NCBI GenBank assembly: GCA_964650465.1
Contig: CAZYTA010000003.1
Location: 32,268 to 96,267, forward strand
From: an uncultured Oscillospiraceae bacterium
GTDB lineage: Bacteria; Bacillota; Clostridia; Oscillospirales; SIG627
Reading direction: 5' to 3'
Length of the DNA stretch: 64,000 nucleotides
The position numbers and the translations under genes are program-made. The notes beneath the pieces were generated by a model. That model was not told the DNA's origin. It saw nothing but the letters and a program-made list of their open reading frames with translations, and ran no database searches. Positions 19,464 through 29,393 of this stretch are shown here, piece after piece. How positions within the stretch are numbered: position 1 is the first letter of the stretch; every line of letters starts with the position of its first letter.

Positions 19464-19682
19464 AAGTACCTCTTTTCCCTATCGGCTTTTAAATTTATTG
19501 AGAATTTCACAAAAATACTCTCGCCGTTTTTTGCAATGGAATGCTTTTTAGCAAAAATTCCCGCATACTCGAAAAGCAAATTGAGATTATTTTTTATTTA
19601 ACAAGATACTAACGCCGACGGCGGCTCGCTGCTGCAGTTGGTTCTGAAGGTAATGATACAACAGCAATATAAAAAATTGAAT

Positions 19683-19710
19683 TGACTTTTTTGTCAAAAA
19701 GATGTATAAT
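19683..19710 (+). promoter_or_regulatory. Promoter TTGACT-16-TATAAT
   Basis: The -10 box contains the first ATG that the ORF track used as the start of the 283-aa ORF. Confidence 0.5.
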
Positions 19711-19719
19711 CTTGCTGTT

Positions 19720-20553
19720 ATGAACAGATTTGTAAAAACAGAGTACAAAACAAATGAAAATTACAGCATAAATCATGTTGAGGGATACGACATCGGAAAC
19801 GCTTTTTCAAAGGCACTGCACTGCGATCCATGTCTTACAGTGGCTTATTTCAAAAAGGCAAAAGGAAAAATAAAAATCAACGGAAACCGTTACGAGATAT
19901 CCGACGGAGACGTAATATTGCTTAACGGAGGAGAAATACACTGTTCAAGCTTTGACAGCGAAATATACAGCGAAAGAATAACGCTGTACATAAATTACAG
20001 CATTGCAGATAAATACAAAAGCAATACAGACGTTATATTCAAAGCCTTTTATCAAAGAAAAAACAAGCTGTCTTCAGCGTGTGTAAAAAAGCACGGTATC
20101 AACAAGCTGATTGAAGAAATACATTTACTGAGCATAGAACAGGATGCCAGAAAAAGTATACTTGCAGACTGCCGCATTGCAGAGCTTGCCGTCAGGCTGT
20201 CAGACTGTCAATCCGATGTTTCCGCAGAAGAGATACACAATCCGACCATAGCCTTAGTGCTTGAATATATTGACTGCAATTTCACTGCTTTGTCAGACTG
20301 CACTCAGATAGCACAGGAATTTCATCTGAGTAAATTTCATCTGTCAAGGCTGTTCAAGGAGCATGTGGGAGTTTCCCTGTGGGACTATGTTGTATTCAAA
20401 CGCATACTTTATGTAAACGACAGAATAAAGTGCGGAGAGAAAATCGAAGCCGCTTCCTATAAAGCGGGATTCAGCAACTATTCCAATTTTTACAGGCTGT
20501 ATAAAAAATATATGAATATGTCCCCGAGAGAATACAAGGACAGCATTTCATAA
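19720..20553 (+). CDS. AraC family transcriptional regulator (cupin + HTH), divergent from dsdA
   Basis: HTH_AraC C-terminus (GFSNYSNFYRLYKKYMNMSPREYK). The start was moved to the second ATG because the first lies inside the -10 hexamer. Confidence 0.7.
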   Translation: MNRFVKTEYKTNENYSINHVEGYDIGNAFSKALHCDPCLTVAYFKKAKGKIKINGNRYEISDGDVILLNGGEIHCSSFDSEIYSERITLYINYSIADKYKSNTDVIFKAFYQRKNKLSSACVKKHGINKLIEEIHLLSIEQDARKSILADCRIAELAVRLSDCQSDVSAEEIHNPTIALVLEYIDCNFTALSDCTQIAQEFHLSKFHLSRLFKEHVGVSLWDYVVFKRILYVNDRIKCGEKIEAASYKAGFSNYSNFYRLYKKYMNMSPREYKDSIS

Positions 20554-20564
20554 AATGCTGTCCT
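20539..20564. terminator. Bidirectional terminator
   Basis: GGACAGCATTT-cata-AAATGCTGTCC followed by TTATTATTTT. It lies between convergent genes ending at 20553 and 20572. Confidence 0.65.
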
Positions 20565-20571
20565 TATTATT

Positions 20572-22467
20572 TTACGGTTTAAATATATTCTTATACTGCA
20601 CCGTCTTATACTCGTTTATAAGGTCAAGCTCCTCTCCGCTTGCCTCGGACGGTCTTTTCAAGCCCTCTTTTTCTTTGGAATAATATGCAAAAAAGCTGAT
20701 TGCAGGCATTTTTTGTCTCAGGTCATTAAGATACGAAAAATACGGAGTAAAACCTATTCCCGCCTTTTCCATTACAATCGCAGACAGGAAGTTAAGGCTT
20801 GTAAGCTCACCTTCACTCTCCTCGATGTCATAGTTTGTCCATATCATGTAGGGGACTGTGTATTTTGCCATTGTGCCCTCATATGTATTGGCGTTTTCTC
20901 CCATGACATGTGTATAGAATTGACCGCCTATTGCAGGGAAATGGTCACCGAACATTACTATCATGGTATCCTCTTCGTAGCCCTCAAAATACGAAATCAG
21001 CTCTCGGAGAGCATCGTCGCTCTTGTTCAGCAAAGTCAAATACTGATTAACGCTGAGAATATCCACACCGTCTACAGTAACCTCCGACGGAAAATTACCG
21101 TATTCATATCCGCCGTGATTCTGCATGGTTATAGCAAAGGTGAAGAGCTTCTCCCCTGCTTTTTTGTTTTCAAAGCGTTTGGTAATATCTTTGAAAAACG
21201 TTGAGTCGCTCACAAGTCCGCGTATCTTACTGTCCTTTGAAAGCTCGTCCTGAAAATACATTTCATCAAAACCAAACACATCGTAAACCACATTACGTCT
21301 CCATCCCGTTGAAGGATACGGGTGCATTGCGACCGTAGTGTAGCCGTTTGCATTCATTATGTCAACTATGCTGTGAGCCTTATTCTTGATATATTGCTGG
21401 TACGCTACAGAGCCGTAAGGTAAAAACGCCTGTGTATTTCCCGTTAGAAATTCCCATTCGGAGGTAGCTGTATTACCGCCGTATACCGACGACATGGCAT
21501 AACCTTTTATGCAGTTTTCGGAAAGTGAGTTGTAAAACTCCATAGGGTCCTCGCTTACCGAAAAATCACCGAGCACAGTGAGGTCCGCAAAAGCCTCGGA
21601 CATAATAACAATTATATTTGGAGTATCCTGCGCGGAGTTCTCGGAAGGATATGCACCGAGAATATTCTCCGCCTTTTTGTCCGAATACCCCTCGGGAGGA
21701 ACTACTCGGCTGTCACGTGCTTCGATAAGAAAATTATATGTAAGTCCGTTGTATTTTACTCCGTCTGATGCCCACAGCTGCATATAGTTTGTTGAATGGT
21801 TCATACACTGGGAAACAGTAAAAAGACTGATGCCGATACAAAGCACTGCCGAGATTCTCGGGAACTGATTTTTCTTAGACTTGCGATTAATACGTGTTGC
21901 CCAGAGCACAAAAAGTATGGCAGCAAATACTGCAAATGAATAATTTACACGTGTTGTAAATTCAATATTGTACTGACCCGCAACAGAAGCCGCTGTTTTC
22001 AGTGAATAGATGTCACTGAATTTTATCTCACTGCCTCTGAAGCTGATAACAAGATAATCTATAAAAGCAAAACCGAAAAGTAACGTATTTGAGATTGTAA
22101 CGGCAGGTCTGACTCTGTTTGTAATCAGCAAAAACAAATAGGTTATGCCTGCATTCAGGGCTATATTTCCGATAAGAGTGGGAGTGTTGAGAAGCTTGGG
22201 GTCTGCAGACAACATTATCTGTAAAACATATGTAACAACAACAGAATTTCCTAATGGAATAAGTATATCCCAGAAGGGATTCTCACTCAGTTCAAATCTT
22301 ATCCACGAAAAAAGTATGAAAAAAAGTGCTATCAGTGAATATCCCCTGCGTGAAAACGGAAGCAGCTCACACTCACAAAGTACAACAAATAAATAAACAA
22401 GCGCAAATGTTATATAAAAAAGCCTTTTGGGCTTAAGCGATATCTTAAAAAAAGGCGTATTCTTCAT
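20572..22467 (-). CDS. LTA synthase family protein (polytopic N-terminus + sulfatase-like domain)
   Basis: Five N-terminal TM helices followed by an extracellular alkaline-phosphatase-superfamily domain (IIVIMSEAFADL…MFGDH). Start set at the ATG preceded by GGAGGT. The ORF track extends it 20 codons further upstream. Confidence 0.7.
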   Translation of the reverse strand: MKNTPFFKISLKPKRLFYITFALVYLFVVLCECELLPFSRRGYSLIALFFILFSWIRFELSENPFWDILIPLGNSVVVTYVLQIMLSADPKLLNTPTLIGNIALNAGITYLFLLITNRVRPAVTISNTLLFGFAFIDYLVISFRGSEIKFSDIYSLKTAASVAGQYNIEFTTRVNYSFAVFAAILFVLWATRINRKSKKNQFPRISAVLCIGISLFTVSQCMNHSTNYMQLWASDGVKYNGLTYNFLIEARDSRVVPPEGYSDKKAENILGAYPSENSAQDTPNIIVIMSEAFADLTVLGDFSVSEDPMEFYNSLSENCIKGYAMSSVYGGNTATSEWEFLTGNTQAFLPYGSVAYQQYIKNKAHSIVDIMNANGYTTVAMHPYPSTGWRRNVVYDVFGFDEMYFQDELSKDSKIRGLVSDSTFFKDITKRFENKKAGEKLFTFAITMQNHGGYEYGNFPSEVTVDGVDILSVNQYLTLLNKSDDALRELISYFEGYEEDTMIVMFGDHFPAIGGQFYTHVMGENANTYEGTMAKYTVPYMIWTNYDIEESEGELTSLNFLSAIVMEKAGIGFTPYFSYLNDLRQKMPAISFFAYYSKEKEGLKRPSEASGEELDLINEYKTVQYKNIFKP

Positions 22468-22637
22468 ACAAATACCTCCTATAGCAATATGGCATATTAT
22501 AACACGAAGAGACCTGTTTTTCAACATAATTCGTATATGTTTATTAAATTTTCACCTTTTGTTGAAAATGCACTGTTTTGTTCAAAATGTGTTCACAATA
22601 TCGTGAGATAATACAATATATATTTTTAGTTTAACTA

Positions 22638-22666
22638 TTGACAATCTGCCGAAGCGGTTGTATAAT
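22638..22666 (+). promoter_or_regulatory. argGH promoter (TTGACA-17-TATAAT)
   Basis: Canonical hexamers with 17-nt spacing. Confidence 0.6.
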
Positions 22667-22677
22667 TATTTAAACAA

Positions 22678-22695
22678 AATGAATAAAAATACAAG
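22678..22695 (+). promoter_or_regulatory. ARG box (ArgR/AhrC operator)
   Basis: AAATGAATAAAAATACAAG differs at one position from the Firmicutes ARG-box consensus CATGAATAAAAATTCAAG. It lies between the promoter and the argG RBS. Confidence 0.55.
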
Positions 22696-22706
22696 AGGTG
22701 CTTAAA

Positions 22707-23936
22707 ATGGACAAAACAAAAATCAAAAAGGTCGTTCTTGCTTATTCGGGCGGTCTTGATACTTCAATCATCATTCCGTGGCTTAAGGAGAACTACAACA
22801 ATCCCGAAATCATTGCTGTATCGGGCAACGTAGGACAGGCAAGCGAGCTCGAGGGTCTTGAAGAAAAGGCTATCAAGACAGGTGCTTCCAAGCTCTACAT
22901 AGAGGACCTTACAAAGGAATTTCTTGAAGAATATGTATTCCCCTGCGTACAGGCAGGTGCAAAGTATGAGGACTATCTCCTCGGTACTGCATTCGCACGT
23001 CCCCCCATTGCAAAGAGAATTGCAGAAATTGCTCTTGCAGAGGGTGCAGATGCAATCTGTCACGGCTGTACAGGTAAGGGAAATGACCAGGTGAGATTTG
23101 AGCTTGCTATCAAGGCATTTGCTCCCGATATGCCCATTATTGCTCCCTGGAGAGAATGGGACATTAAATCACGTGATGAAGAAATCGACTATGCAGAGGC
23201 ACACAATGTTCCTCTTAAGATAAGCCGCGAAACAAACTACTCAAAGGACAAGAACATCTGGCATCTTTCACACGAGGGACTTGACCTTGAGGACCCTGCA
23301 AACGAGCCTCTTTACAACAAGGAAGGCTTCCTTGAAATGGGCATTTCCCCCGAACAGGCTCCCGACAAGCCCACATATGTAACAATTCACTTTGAGCAGG
23401 GTGTTCCCACTGCGGTTGACGGAGTTGAAATGGATTCCGTAGCTCTTGTTACAAAGCTCAATGAGCTTGGCGGTGCTAACGGTATCGGACTTCTTGACAT
23501 TGTTGAAAACAGACTTGTAGGTATGAAGTGCCGCGGCGTATATGAAACTCCCGGCGGAGCAATTCTTTACAAGGCTCATGAGGTTCTTGAAACTATTACT
23601 CTTGACAAGGAGACCGCTCACTACAAGGCTCTTATAGCTCAGAAGCTTGCGGAGATTGTATATAACGCACAGTGGTTTACTCCTCTTACAGAGGCAATTT
23701 TAGCGTTCGTTAAGACAACACAGAAAACAGTTACAGGTGATGTAAAGCTTAAGCTCTACAAAGGCAATATGATAAACGCAGGCGTTACCTCACCCTATTC
23801 ACTCTACGACCCCGAAATCGCAACCTTCGACGAGGATGAAGTATACAATCAAGCAGACTCTGCAGGATTTATCAACCTTTACGGACTTCCTGTTAAGGTA
23901 TATGCCAAGATGAAGGCAAAAAACAACTTGAAATAA
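22707..23936 (+). CDS. argG: Argininosuccinate synthase
   Basis: [11 protein letters not shown]-loop and full-length ArgG similarity. ATG at 22707 follows an AAGAGGTG RBS. The GTG at 22698 used by the ORF track lies inside the RBS. Confidence 0.9.
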   Translation: MDKTKIKKVVLAYSGGLDTSIIIPWLKENYNNPEIIAVSGNVGQASELEGLEEKAIKTGASKLYIEDLTKEFLEEYVFPCVQAGAKYEDYLLGTAFARPPIAKRIAEIALAEGADAICHGCTGKGNDQVRFELAIKAFAPDMPIIAPWREWDIKSRDEEIDYAEAHNVPLKISRETNYSKDKNIWHLSHEGLDLEDPANEPLYNKEGFLEMGISPEQAPDKPTYVTIHFEQGVPTAVDGVEMDSVALVTKLNELGGANGIGLLDIVENRLVGMKCRGVYETPGGAILYKAHEVLETITLDKETAHYKALIAQKLAEIVYNAQWFTPLTEAILAFVKTTQKTVTGDVKLKLYKGNMINAGVTSPYSLYDPEIATFDEDEVYNQADSAGFINLYGLPVKVYAKMKAKNNLK

Positions 23937-23945
23937 GAGGTAAAA

Positions 23946-25319
23946 ATGGAAAAGCTTTGGGCAGGAAGATTCACTAAAGAGCTTGACAAGATAGCTTTCG
24001 GCTTCAATTCGTCAATCGATATCGACTCAAGAATGTACCGTCAGGACATACAAGGGTCAATGGCACACACCTCAATGCTTGTTAAACAGGGTATCATAGA
24101 GGAAAGCGAGGGAATTGCCATCGTTGACGGACTCGCCTCCATTCTTGATGATATAGAATCGGGCAAGCTGGAAATAAGCAGTGATGCCGAGGACATTCAT
24201 TCCTTTGTGGAAACCGAGCTGACCTCCCGCATAGGTGATGCAGGCAAAAGGCTTCACACCGCACGCAGCCGTAATGACCAGGTTGCGCTGGATGTGAGAC
24301 TTTATCTGAGAGATGAAGCGAAGGAGGTTATCGACCTTATCAAATCGCTGATTTCGGCTATATGTGAGCAGGCAGACAAAAACCGTGACACAATCATGCC
24401 CGGTTATACACATCTGCAGAGAGCTCAGCCCATTTCCTTTGCACATCATATACTCGCTTATGCCATGATGCTGACAAGAGATGCAGGACGTATCGAGGAT
24501 GCTGTAAAGAGAATGAACCTATCACCCCTTGGAAGCTGTGCGCTGTCAGGTACTACCTACAACACAGACAGAGCGCATACTGCAAAGCTGTTGGAGTTTG
24601 ACGGCTATACCCTTAACAGTATAGACGGAGTATCCGACCGTGATTTTTGCATTGAGCTTCAGTCGGCTCTGTCTATCATCATGATGCATCTGTCAAGGCT
24701 TTCCGAGGAAATAATCCTTTGGTCAAGCTGGGAATTCAAGTTTGTTGAGCTTGATGACTCCTACACTACAGGCTCCAGCATTATGCCTCAGAAGAAAAAC
24801 CCCGATATGGCAGAGCTGGTAAGAGGAAAGACAGGCAGAGTATACGGTAACCTCATGCAGACTCTCACAATGCTCAAGGGTCTCCCCCTTGCATACAACA
24901 AGGATATGCAGGAGGACAAGGAGTCAATCTTTGACAGCTTTGATACAGTCAAGGTATGCTTGCAGGTAACTGCTCCGATGATAGAGACGATGACCGTTTT
25001 GAAGGAGAATACCCTTGCGGCGGCAAACCGAGGCTTTATCAATGCCACCGACCTTGCAGACTACCTCACAAAGAAGGGTATGCCCTTCCGTGAGGCTTAC
25101 AAAATAACAGGTCAGATAGTAAGATATTGTATCGACAATTCTCTGGTGCTTGACAATATGCCTCTTGCGGATTACAAGAATTTCTCGGATATGTTCGAGA
25201 GTGATCTGTATGATGAAATCAATCTTTACACTTGCGTAAAGAAGCGTATCTCACAGGGCGGTACAGGTCCCGATTCTGTAGAAGCTCAGATAGAGTATGT
25301 AAAAGAATATCTTAAATAA
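23946..25319 (+). CDS. argH: Argininosuccinate lyase
   Basis: Fumarate-lyase signature GSSIMPQKKNPD. 457 aa. Confidence 0.9.
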   Translation: MEKLWAGRFTKELDKIAFGFNSSIDIDSRMYRQDIQGSMAHTSMLVKQGIIEESEGIAIVDGLASILDDIESGKLEISSDAEDIHSFVETELTSRIGDAGKRLHTARSRNDQVALDVRLYLRDEAKEVIDLIKSLISAICEQADKNRDTIMPGYTHLQRAQPISFAHHILAYAMMLTRDAGRIEDAVKRMNLSPLGSCALSGTTYNTDRAHTAKLLEFDGYTLNSIDGVSDRDFCIELQSALSIIMMHLSRLSEEIILWSSWEFKFVELDDSYTTGSSIMPQKKNPDMAELVRGKTGRVYGNLMQTLTMLKGLPLAYNKDMQEDKESIFDSFDTVKVCLQVTAPMIETMTVLKENTLAAANRGFINATDLADYLTKKGMPFREAYKITGQIVRYCIDNSLVLDNMPLADYKNFSDMFESDLYDEINLYTCVKKRISQGGTGPDSVEAQIEYVKEYLK

Positions 25320-25328
25320 TCAAAATTA

Positions 25329-25357
25329 AGGGAGTGTATAGCTGCACTCCCTTTTTT
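25329..25357 (+). terminator. Rho-independent terminator after argH
   Basis: GGGAGTG-tatagctg-CACTCCC followed by TTTTTT. Confidence 0.75.
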
Positions 25358-25380
25358 AGGAATTGATTTATTTATAACAA

Positions 25381-25445
25381 GGTTTCACCCTGTACCCACT
25401 AAAAACCTTTTTGTAAAAAGGTTTTTAGAATTCCAAAAATTTTGA
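25381..25445. repeat. Left arm of ~65-bp inverted repeat flanking the CrtO-like gene
   Basis: CCCTGTACCCACTAAAAACCTTTTTGTAAAAAGGTTTTTAGAATTCCAAAAATTTTGAATATGA contains a perfect 12-bp palindrome. About 80% of it matches the reverse complement of 26191-26262. Confidence 0.55.
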
Positions 25446-25466
25446 ATATGAGTTTAATAAATAAAA

Positions 25467-26051
25467 ATGGATTTAAATATGAAGAATTCTAAATTAAGCG
25501 GTCCTGCTATATTCATGTACAGCTTTATCGCCCTGACCTTTATTTTGTCGGCGGTGTGCTTTGTGCTCTTTTACGGGGGATATACCCATAGCGGCATTGT
25601 TCTATGGTCGGGTGTTGTGTCCTTTATGATACTCTATCAGTTCGGACTCCGAATCCTCTTCGGCAAAATAACCGACCACATCAAATTCAACTACAGGCAT
25701 CCGTTTTTTACACGCAAAAGCTTTGAAGTAAAGCTCTACAAATTGCTTAAAGTAAGAAAATGGAAGGATAAGGTGCTTACCTTCAATCCCGATGCATACA
25801 ACTTTAAAGAGAGAACACTTCACGAGCTTGCCTCGACCATGGCTAAAAGTGAAACAGACCATTGGATAAATGTGGCAATCTCCATCGGCGGTATCTTCTT
25901 TTCACTTATATGGGGGCTCTTTCCCGTTTTCCTCATAACCGCCATTCTGGCTATTCTTTTCGATGCCCAGTTCATTATAGTCCAGCGCTATAACCGACCT
26001 GTTGTTCTGAGACTTATGGAGAGACGGGAAAAAGCAGTGGTAATAAAATAA
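25467..26051 (+). CDS. Glycosyl-4,4'-diaponeurosporenoate acyltransferase-like small membrane protein (CrtO family)
   Basis: 194 aa with 2+2 TM helices. The C-terminal FIIVQRYNRPVVLRL resembles the IAQRYNRPRL motif of CrtO-family proteins. Confidence 0.45.
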   Translation: MDLNMKNSKLSGPAIFMYSFIALTFILSAVCFVLFYGGYTHSGIVLWSGVVSFMILYQFGLRILFGKITDHIKFNYRHPFFTRKSFEVKLYKLLKVRKWKDKVLTFNPDAYNFKERTLHELASTMAKSETDHWINVAISIGGIFFSLIWGLFPVFLITAILAILFDAQFIIVQRYNRPVVLRLMERREKAVVIK

Positions 26052-26091
26052 TGCAGGGGATGTAGCAAAATTCGCAATATATACAAATTAC

Positions 26092-26176
26092 GGACCGTCG
26101 AGGACGCCGGTCCCTACAATTTATTTGTCATTTTAGACAAAATTTAGGCTGTAGCAATGTATTTTGCTACAGCCCC
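26092..26176 (+). repeat. Hairpin repeat B, copy 1
   Basis: CGGACCGTCGAGGACGCCGGTCCCTACAATTT followed by the hairpin GGCTGTAGCAA-tgtatt-TTGCTACAGCC. The first 32 nt are identical to 38909-38940. Confidence 0.6.
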
Positions 26177-26190
26177 TTTAATTTATAAAA

Positions 26191-26262
26191 AATCACATTC
26201 AAAGTTTTTAAAGTTCCAAGAAACATTTTACAAAAAGTTTCTTGGTGGGTGTTAGGGCAAAG
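26191..26262. repeat. Right arm of inverted repeat flanking the CrtO-like gene
   Basis: The reverse complement reads CCCTAACACCCACCAAGAAACTTTTTGTAAAATGTTTCTTGGAACTTTAAAAACTTTGAATGTGA, which aligns with 25381-25445. Confidence 0.55.
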
Positions 26263-26282
26263 CCCTAATACAATAAATTTGT

Positions 26283-27266
26283 TCACTTAACCGTAAGCAC
26301 TACCTTGCCGACGTTTTCTCCTCTTTCGAGAATGGCATGAGCTTCTTCCGCCTCGGTTATGGGGAGCACCTTATAGATAGTAGGCTTTACCTTTCCCTCC
26401 GATATCTTGGGGAAAACATTTTTCACAAGCTCGGAAAGTATGAACGCCTTCATTTCGGGGGTTCTTGAACGAAGTGTGCTTCCGACTATTCTTACATTGC
26501 GGACATAGATGTTTTTCAAATCTATTTCAGTTTTCTGTCCTGCAAGTGCGGCAATCATTATCCATCTTGCGCCGTGCTTAAGGTAATGGAGACACTCGCC
26601 CATGTAGGAGCCGCCAAGACAGTCTATGGCAACATCAACACCGTTTCCGTTTTCAAGCTCGGACTTTAATACATCCGCTGTCTTTTCCTTTGACATATCA
26701 ATAACCACATCTGCTCCGAGGTGACTTATTGAATTCTTCTTCTCCTCGTTAAGCACTGAGGTGATTACCCGTATTCCAAACGCCTTTGCCATAGGGATGA
26801 TTACGCTGGCAAGACCCGAAGCGCCCGCATGCATAAGGAGTGTATTACCCTCTTTTATACCGCCTTCAATAAAGAGATTAAGGTATGCTGTGGCGAATGC
26901 CTCGGGGATAGCCGCCGCTTCTACCATGGAGCAGTTTTCGGGAACGGGCATGAGCATATCATACTTCACGGCTACATATTCCGCATATCCGCCGCCTCCC
27001 AGAAGTGCACATACCTTGTCGCCGATTTTCCAGGACGATTTTGCCTTTGCCTCCTCGCCTATTTCTGTAATGACACCCGAAATTTCAAGTCCCATCCATT
27101 CGGGACAGCCGGGAGGAGGGGGATAATCCCCTGCCCTCTGCATAAGGTCAGCACGGTTAAGCGCTGCGCAGTGTATTTCAACAAGCACCTCTTCACTCTT
27201 TATCACAGGGTCGGGAACATTGCTCCACGACAGTGAATTATCTTTATTTACAAGTATTGCTTTCAT
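26283..27266 (-). CDS. NADPH:quinone reductase-like medium-chain dehydrogenase (MDR, Qor family)
   Basis: 327 aa. Nucleotide-binding motif GASGLASV. There is no zinc-ligand cysteine cluster, as expected for Qor-type enzymes. Confidence 0.7.
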   Translation of the reverse strand: MKAILVNKDNSLSWSNVPDPVIKSEEVLVEIHCAALNRADLMQRAGDYPPPPGCPEWMGLEISGVITEIGEEAKAKSSWKIGDKVCALLGGGGYAEYVAVKYDMLMPVPENCSMVEAAAIPEAFATAYLNLFIEGGIKEGNTLLMHAGASGLASVIIPMAKAFGIRVITSVLNEEKKNSISHLGADVVIDMSKEKTADVLKSELENGNGVDVAIDCLGGSYMGECLHYLKHGARWIMIAALAGQKTEIDLKNIYVRNVRIVGSTLRSRTPEMKAFILSELVKNVFPKISEGKVKPTIYKVLPITEAEEAHAILERGENVGKVVLTVK

Positions 27267-28285
27267 ATTTCAATATCCTTTCCGCATGCCTTTAAAACAT
27301 ATTTATAAAGCATAAGCTCATAATCAGGTGTGTATGGATTTGTTTTTTCGCCTCTTACCATTGATGCAAAGGACAGCATCATCGGGTCATAACGGTCATG
27401 TACGGGACTTTCGGTATATGTGCCCTCTGTTCTCCAATCATCAATTTCGGGAGAAACTGTCATACCTGTTATCTGTCCGCCCTGCACATTTTTCTCCATG
27501 GGCTTGATTTCCACCGTCTTTTTTGTACCTGTTACCACAAGCTGACGTCTTAAAAATCCTCCCTTTTCGGCAGAGGTGGTCTTTGCGAAAGAAACACCGT
27601 TTTCGTATTCAAAAACAGCCATGCCGAAATCTTTACTTGTAACGCCGCTGTCCCCTGTACACTTATTCAAGGGAATTACCATTTGCGGCTCTCCCTGCAA
27701 GGTGAGCATAAGGTCAACAAGATGACAGCCGAGAAAGAACATCATACCTCCGGGGAAGCACTCTAACCACTGACGGTTTTGGGGTGTGTGGAGACAGTTC
27801 ATCTGCGCTTCAACGCTGATTATATCGCCAAGCTCACCTTTTTTTACAGCGTCAATCAATTGTGAAATATAAGGATTGTAGCGGTACATGTAACCTGTAT
27901 GGAAGGTCTTTTTGCTCTTCTTGACAGCCTCTATCATCTTTTCAAAAGAAGCGAGGTCTGTGCCGCCCGGTTTTTCCATATGTATATGCTTTCCGTGCTG
28001 TGCGGCAAGAATTGTATATTTGGTGAGATGTATCTCATCCGTCTCTATTGTAACAGCCTCAATAGTTTCGTCATTGAGTATTTCATCAAGAGTAAGCTCG
28101 GGATAACCTTCAAGAACTCCAAGAGATTTGGGGAACTTCTCTCGCTCGTTTTCGGGAAGTGCATAGCCCGCTATTTCAAATACATCGGGAAACTTCTTAA
28201 GCGATGCAAAAATCGAGGTTGCATGGCTGAGAGTATTGAGTCCTATCTGTGCAATTCTGATTTTTCTCATTTTAACATGCTCCAA
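27263..28285 (-). CDS. Gfo/Idh/MocA family oxidoreductase
   Basis: N-terminal IRIAQIGLNTLSHA Rossmann-like region. 340 aa. Overlaps the neighbouring genes by 4 and 19 nt, so an operon is likely. Confidence 0.7.
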   Translation of the reverse strand: MEHVKMRKIRIAQIGLNTLSHATSIFASLKKFPDVFEIAGYALPENEREKFPKSLGVLEGYPELTLDEILNDETIEAVTIETDEIHLTKYTILAAQHGKHIHMEKPGGTDLASFEKMIEAVKKSKKTFHTGYMYRYNPYISQLIDAVKKGELGDIISVEAQMNCLHTPQNRQWLECFPGGMMFFLGCHLVDLMLTLQGEPQMVIPLNKCTGDSGVTSKDFGMAVFEYENGVSFAKTTSAEKGGFLRRQLVVTGTKKTVEIKPMEKNVQGGQITGMTVSPEIDDWRTEGTYTESPVHDRYDPMMLSFASMVRGEKTNPYTPDYELMLYKYVLKACGKDIEI

Positions 28286-29286
28286 TCAAACAAGATAGTT
28301 GACGGAAATTCACGGTCTGTTGCAAGTCGTGTATAGACCTCGCCGCAATTTTCCGGAGAATGGATTTCCTTTATAAGAGGCTTAATGTCAATTCTGCCGT
28401 ATTCTATAAGCTTGAACATAGCCTTAATATCATCGGGGTGTGTAAACCAACCCGGGTGAGACTCAAAGTCGGGGCGTGCCATTGTGTGAGCACCTATAAG
28501 AGTAATGCCGGGGAAATGTACCTTTCTGTAATAATCTATGGTAAATTCCTTATCTCTTGTACAGCCAAGCAACGCCACCCTGCCAAATCTTGCCATGCAG
28601 TCAAGAGCGCCGTCAAGTCCTGCACCTACACCTGTAACCTCAATAGCCACATTTACTCCGCCGCCCGACACTTTTCTGACCTTTGAAGCAAAGCCCTCAT
28701 CATAAGGGTCAAAGGCATAATCCGCTCCTGCTTCAAGAGCTTCTTTTCTGCGGCTTTCAACTGGGTCAACAGCAATAATCGGTGCGGCGCCTGCCGTTTT
28801 CAGCTGACGGACAGCAATCTGTCCAAGGAGTCCCAATCCCATAACAAGAGCTGATTCTCCTATTTCGAGCCTTGTCTTTCTGACAGCGGCAAGGGGGAAG
28901 GTCACAATATAGCACATAGCCGCCTCGGAAAGTGATATTTTATCGTTAATCTTTACAACATTGTACACGTTCATTGTTTTGTAACGGCTATGAGTTCCTG
29001 TAAATACCGCCACTCTGTCACCTATCTCAAATTCTGTAACCGCCGAGCCTTTGGCTACAACAATGCCTGAGCTGCTGTAGCCCAGATATCTGGGGAAAAC
29101 AACATTGCCTTCCTTGCTTCCCGCAACATTCGGGTCGCCTGTCAGGTTTGCTCTTTCGGTACCCGGACTTACGGCACTGAAGGCTGTCTCCACAACCACC
29201 TGTCTGTCTTGCGGCTCTGTATAAGGTGCATCAAGCAGTTCTGCTGTATTCACCTTTGTAAAAACGATTTGTTTGTTTTGTTTCAT
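28267..29286 (-). CDS. Zinc-dependent alcohol/polyol dehydrogenase (MDR, sorbitol/threonine-DH-like)
   Basis: MDR fold with GLGLLG nucleotide motif. Start moved to the internal ATG (MKQNKQIVF) preceded by GGAGGA. The ORF track extends it 19 codons upstream. Confidence 0.7.
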   Translation of the reverse strand: MKQNKQIVFTKVNTAELLDAPYTEPQDRQVVVETAFSAVSPGTERANLTGDPNVAGSKEGNVVFPRYLGYSSSGIVVAKGSAVTEFEIGDRVAVFTGTHSRYKTMNVYNVVKINDKISLSEAAMCYIVTFPLAAVRKTRLEIGESALVMGLGLLGQIAVRQLKTAGAAPIIAVDPVESRRKEALEAGADYAFDPYDEGFASKVRKVSGGGVNVAIEVTGVGAGLDGALDCMARFGRVALLGCTRDKEFTIDYYRKVHFPGITLIGAHTMARPDFESHPGWFTHPDDIKAMFKLIEYGRIDIKPLIKEIHSPENCGEVYTRLATDREFPSTILFDWSMLK

Positions 29287-29393
29287 GTCAATATCCTCCG
29301 TATTTTCAATTGTAGCATATTGACAAGCTTTGCGAAATACCATATAATATACAAAAAGGGTAATATTCTATACTGAATAAGGACGTATTTTGA

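Noticed and set aside
19702-19719. First ATG of the 283-aa AraC ORF
   Set aside because: It lies inside the TATAAT -10 hexamer of its own promoter, so the second ATG at 19720 was used.
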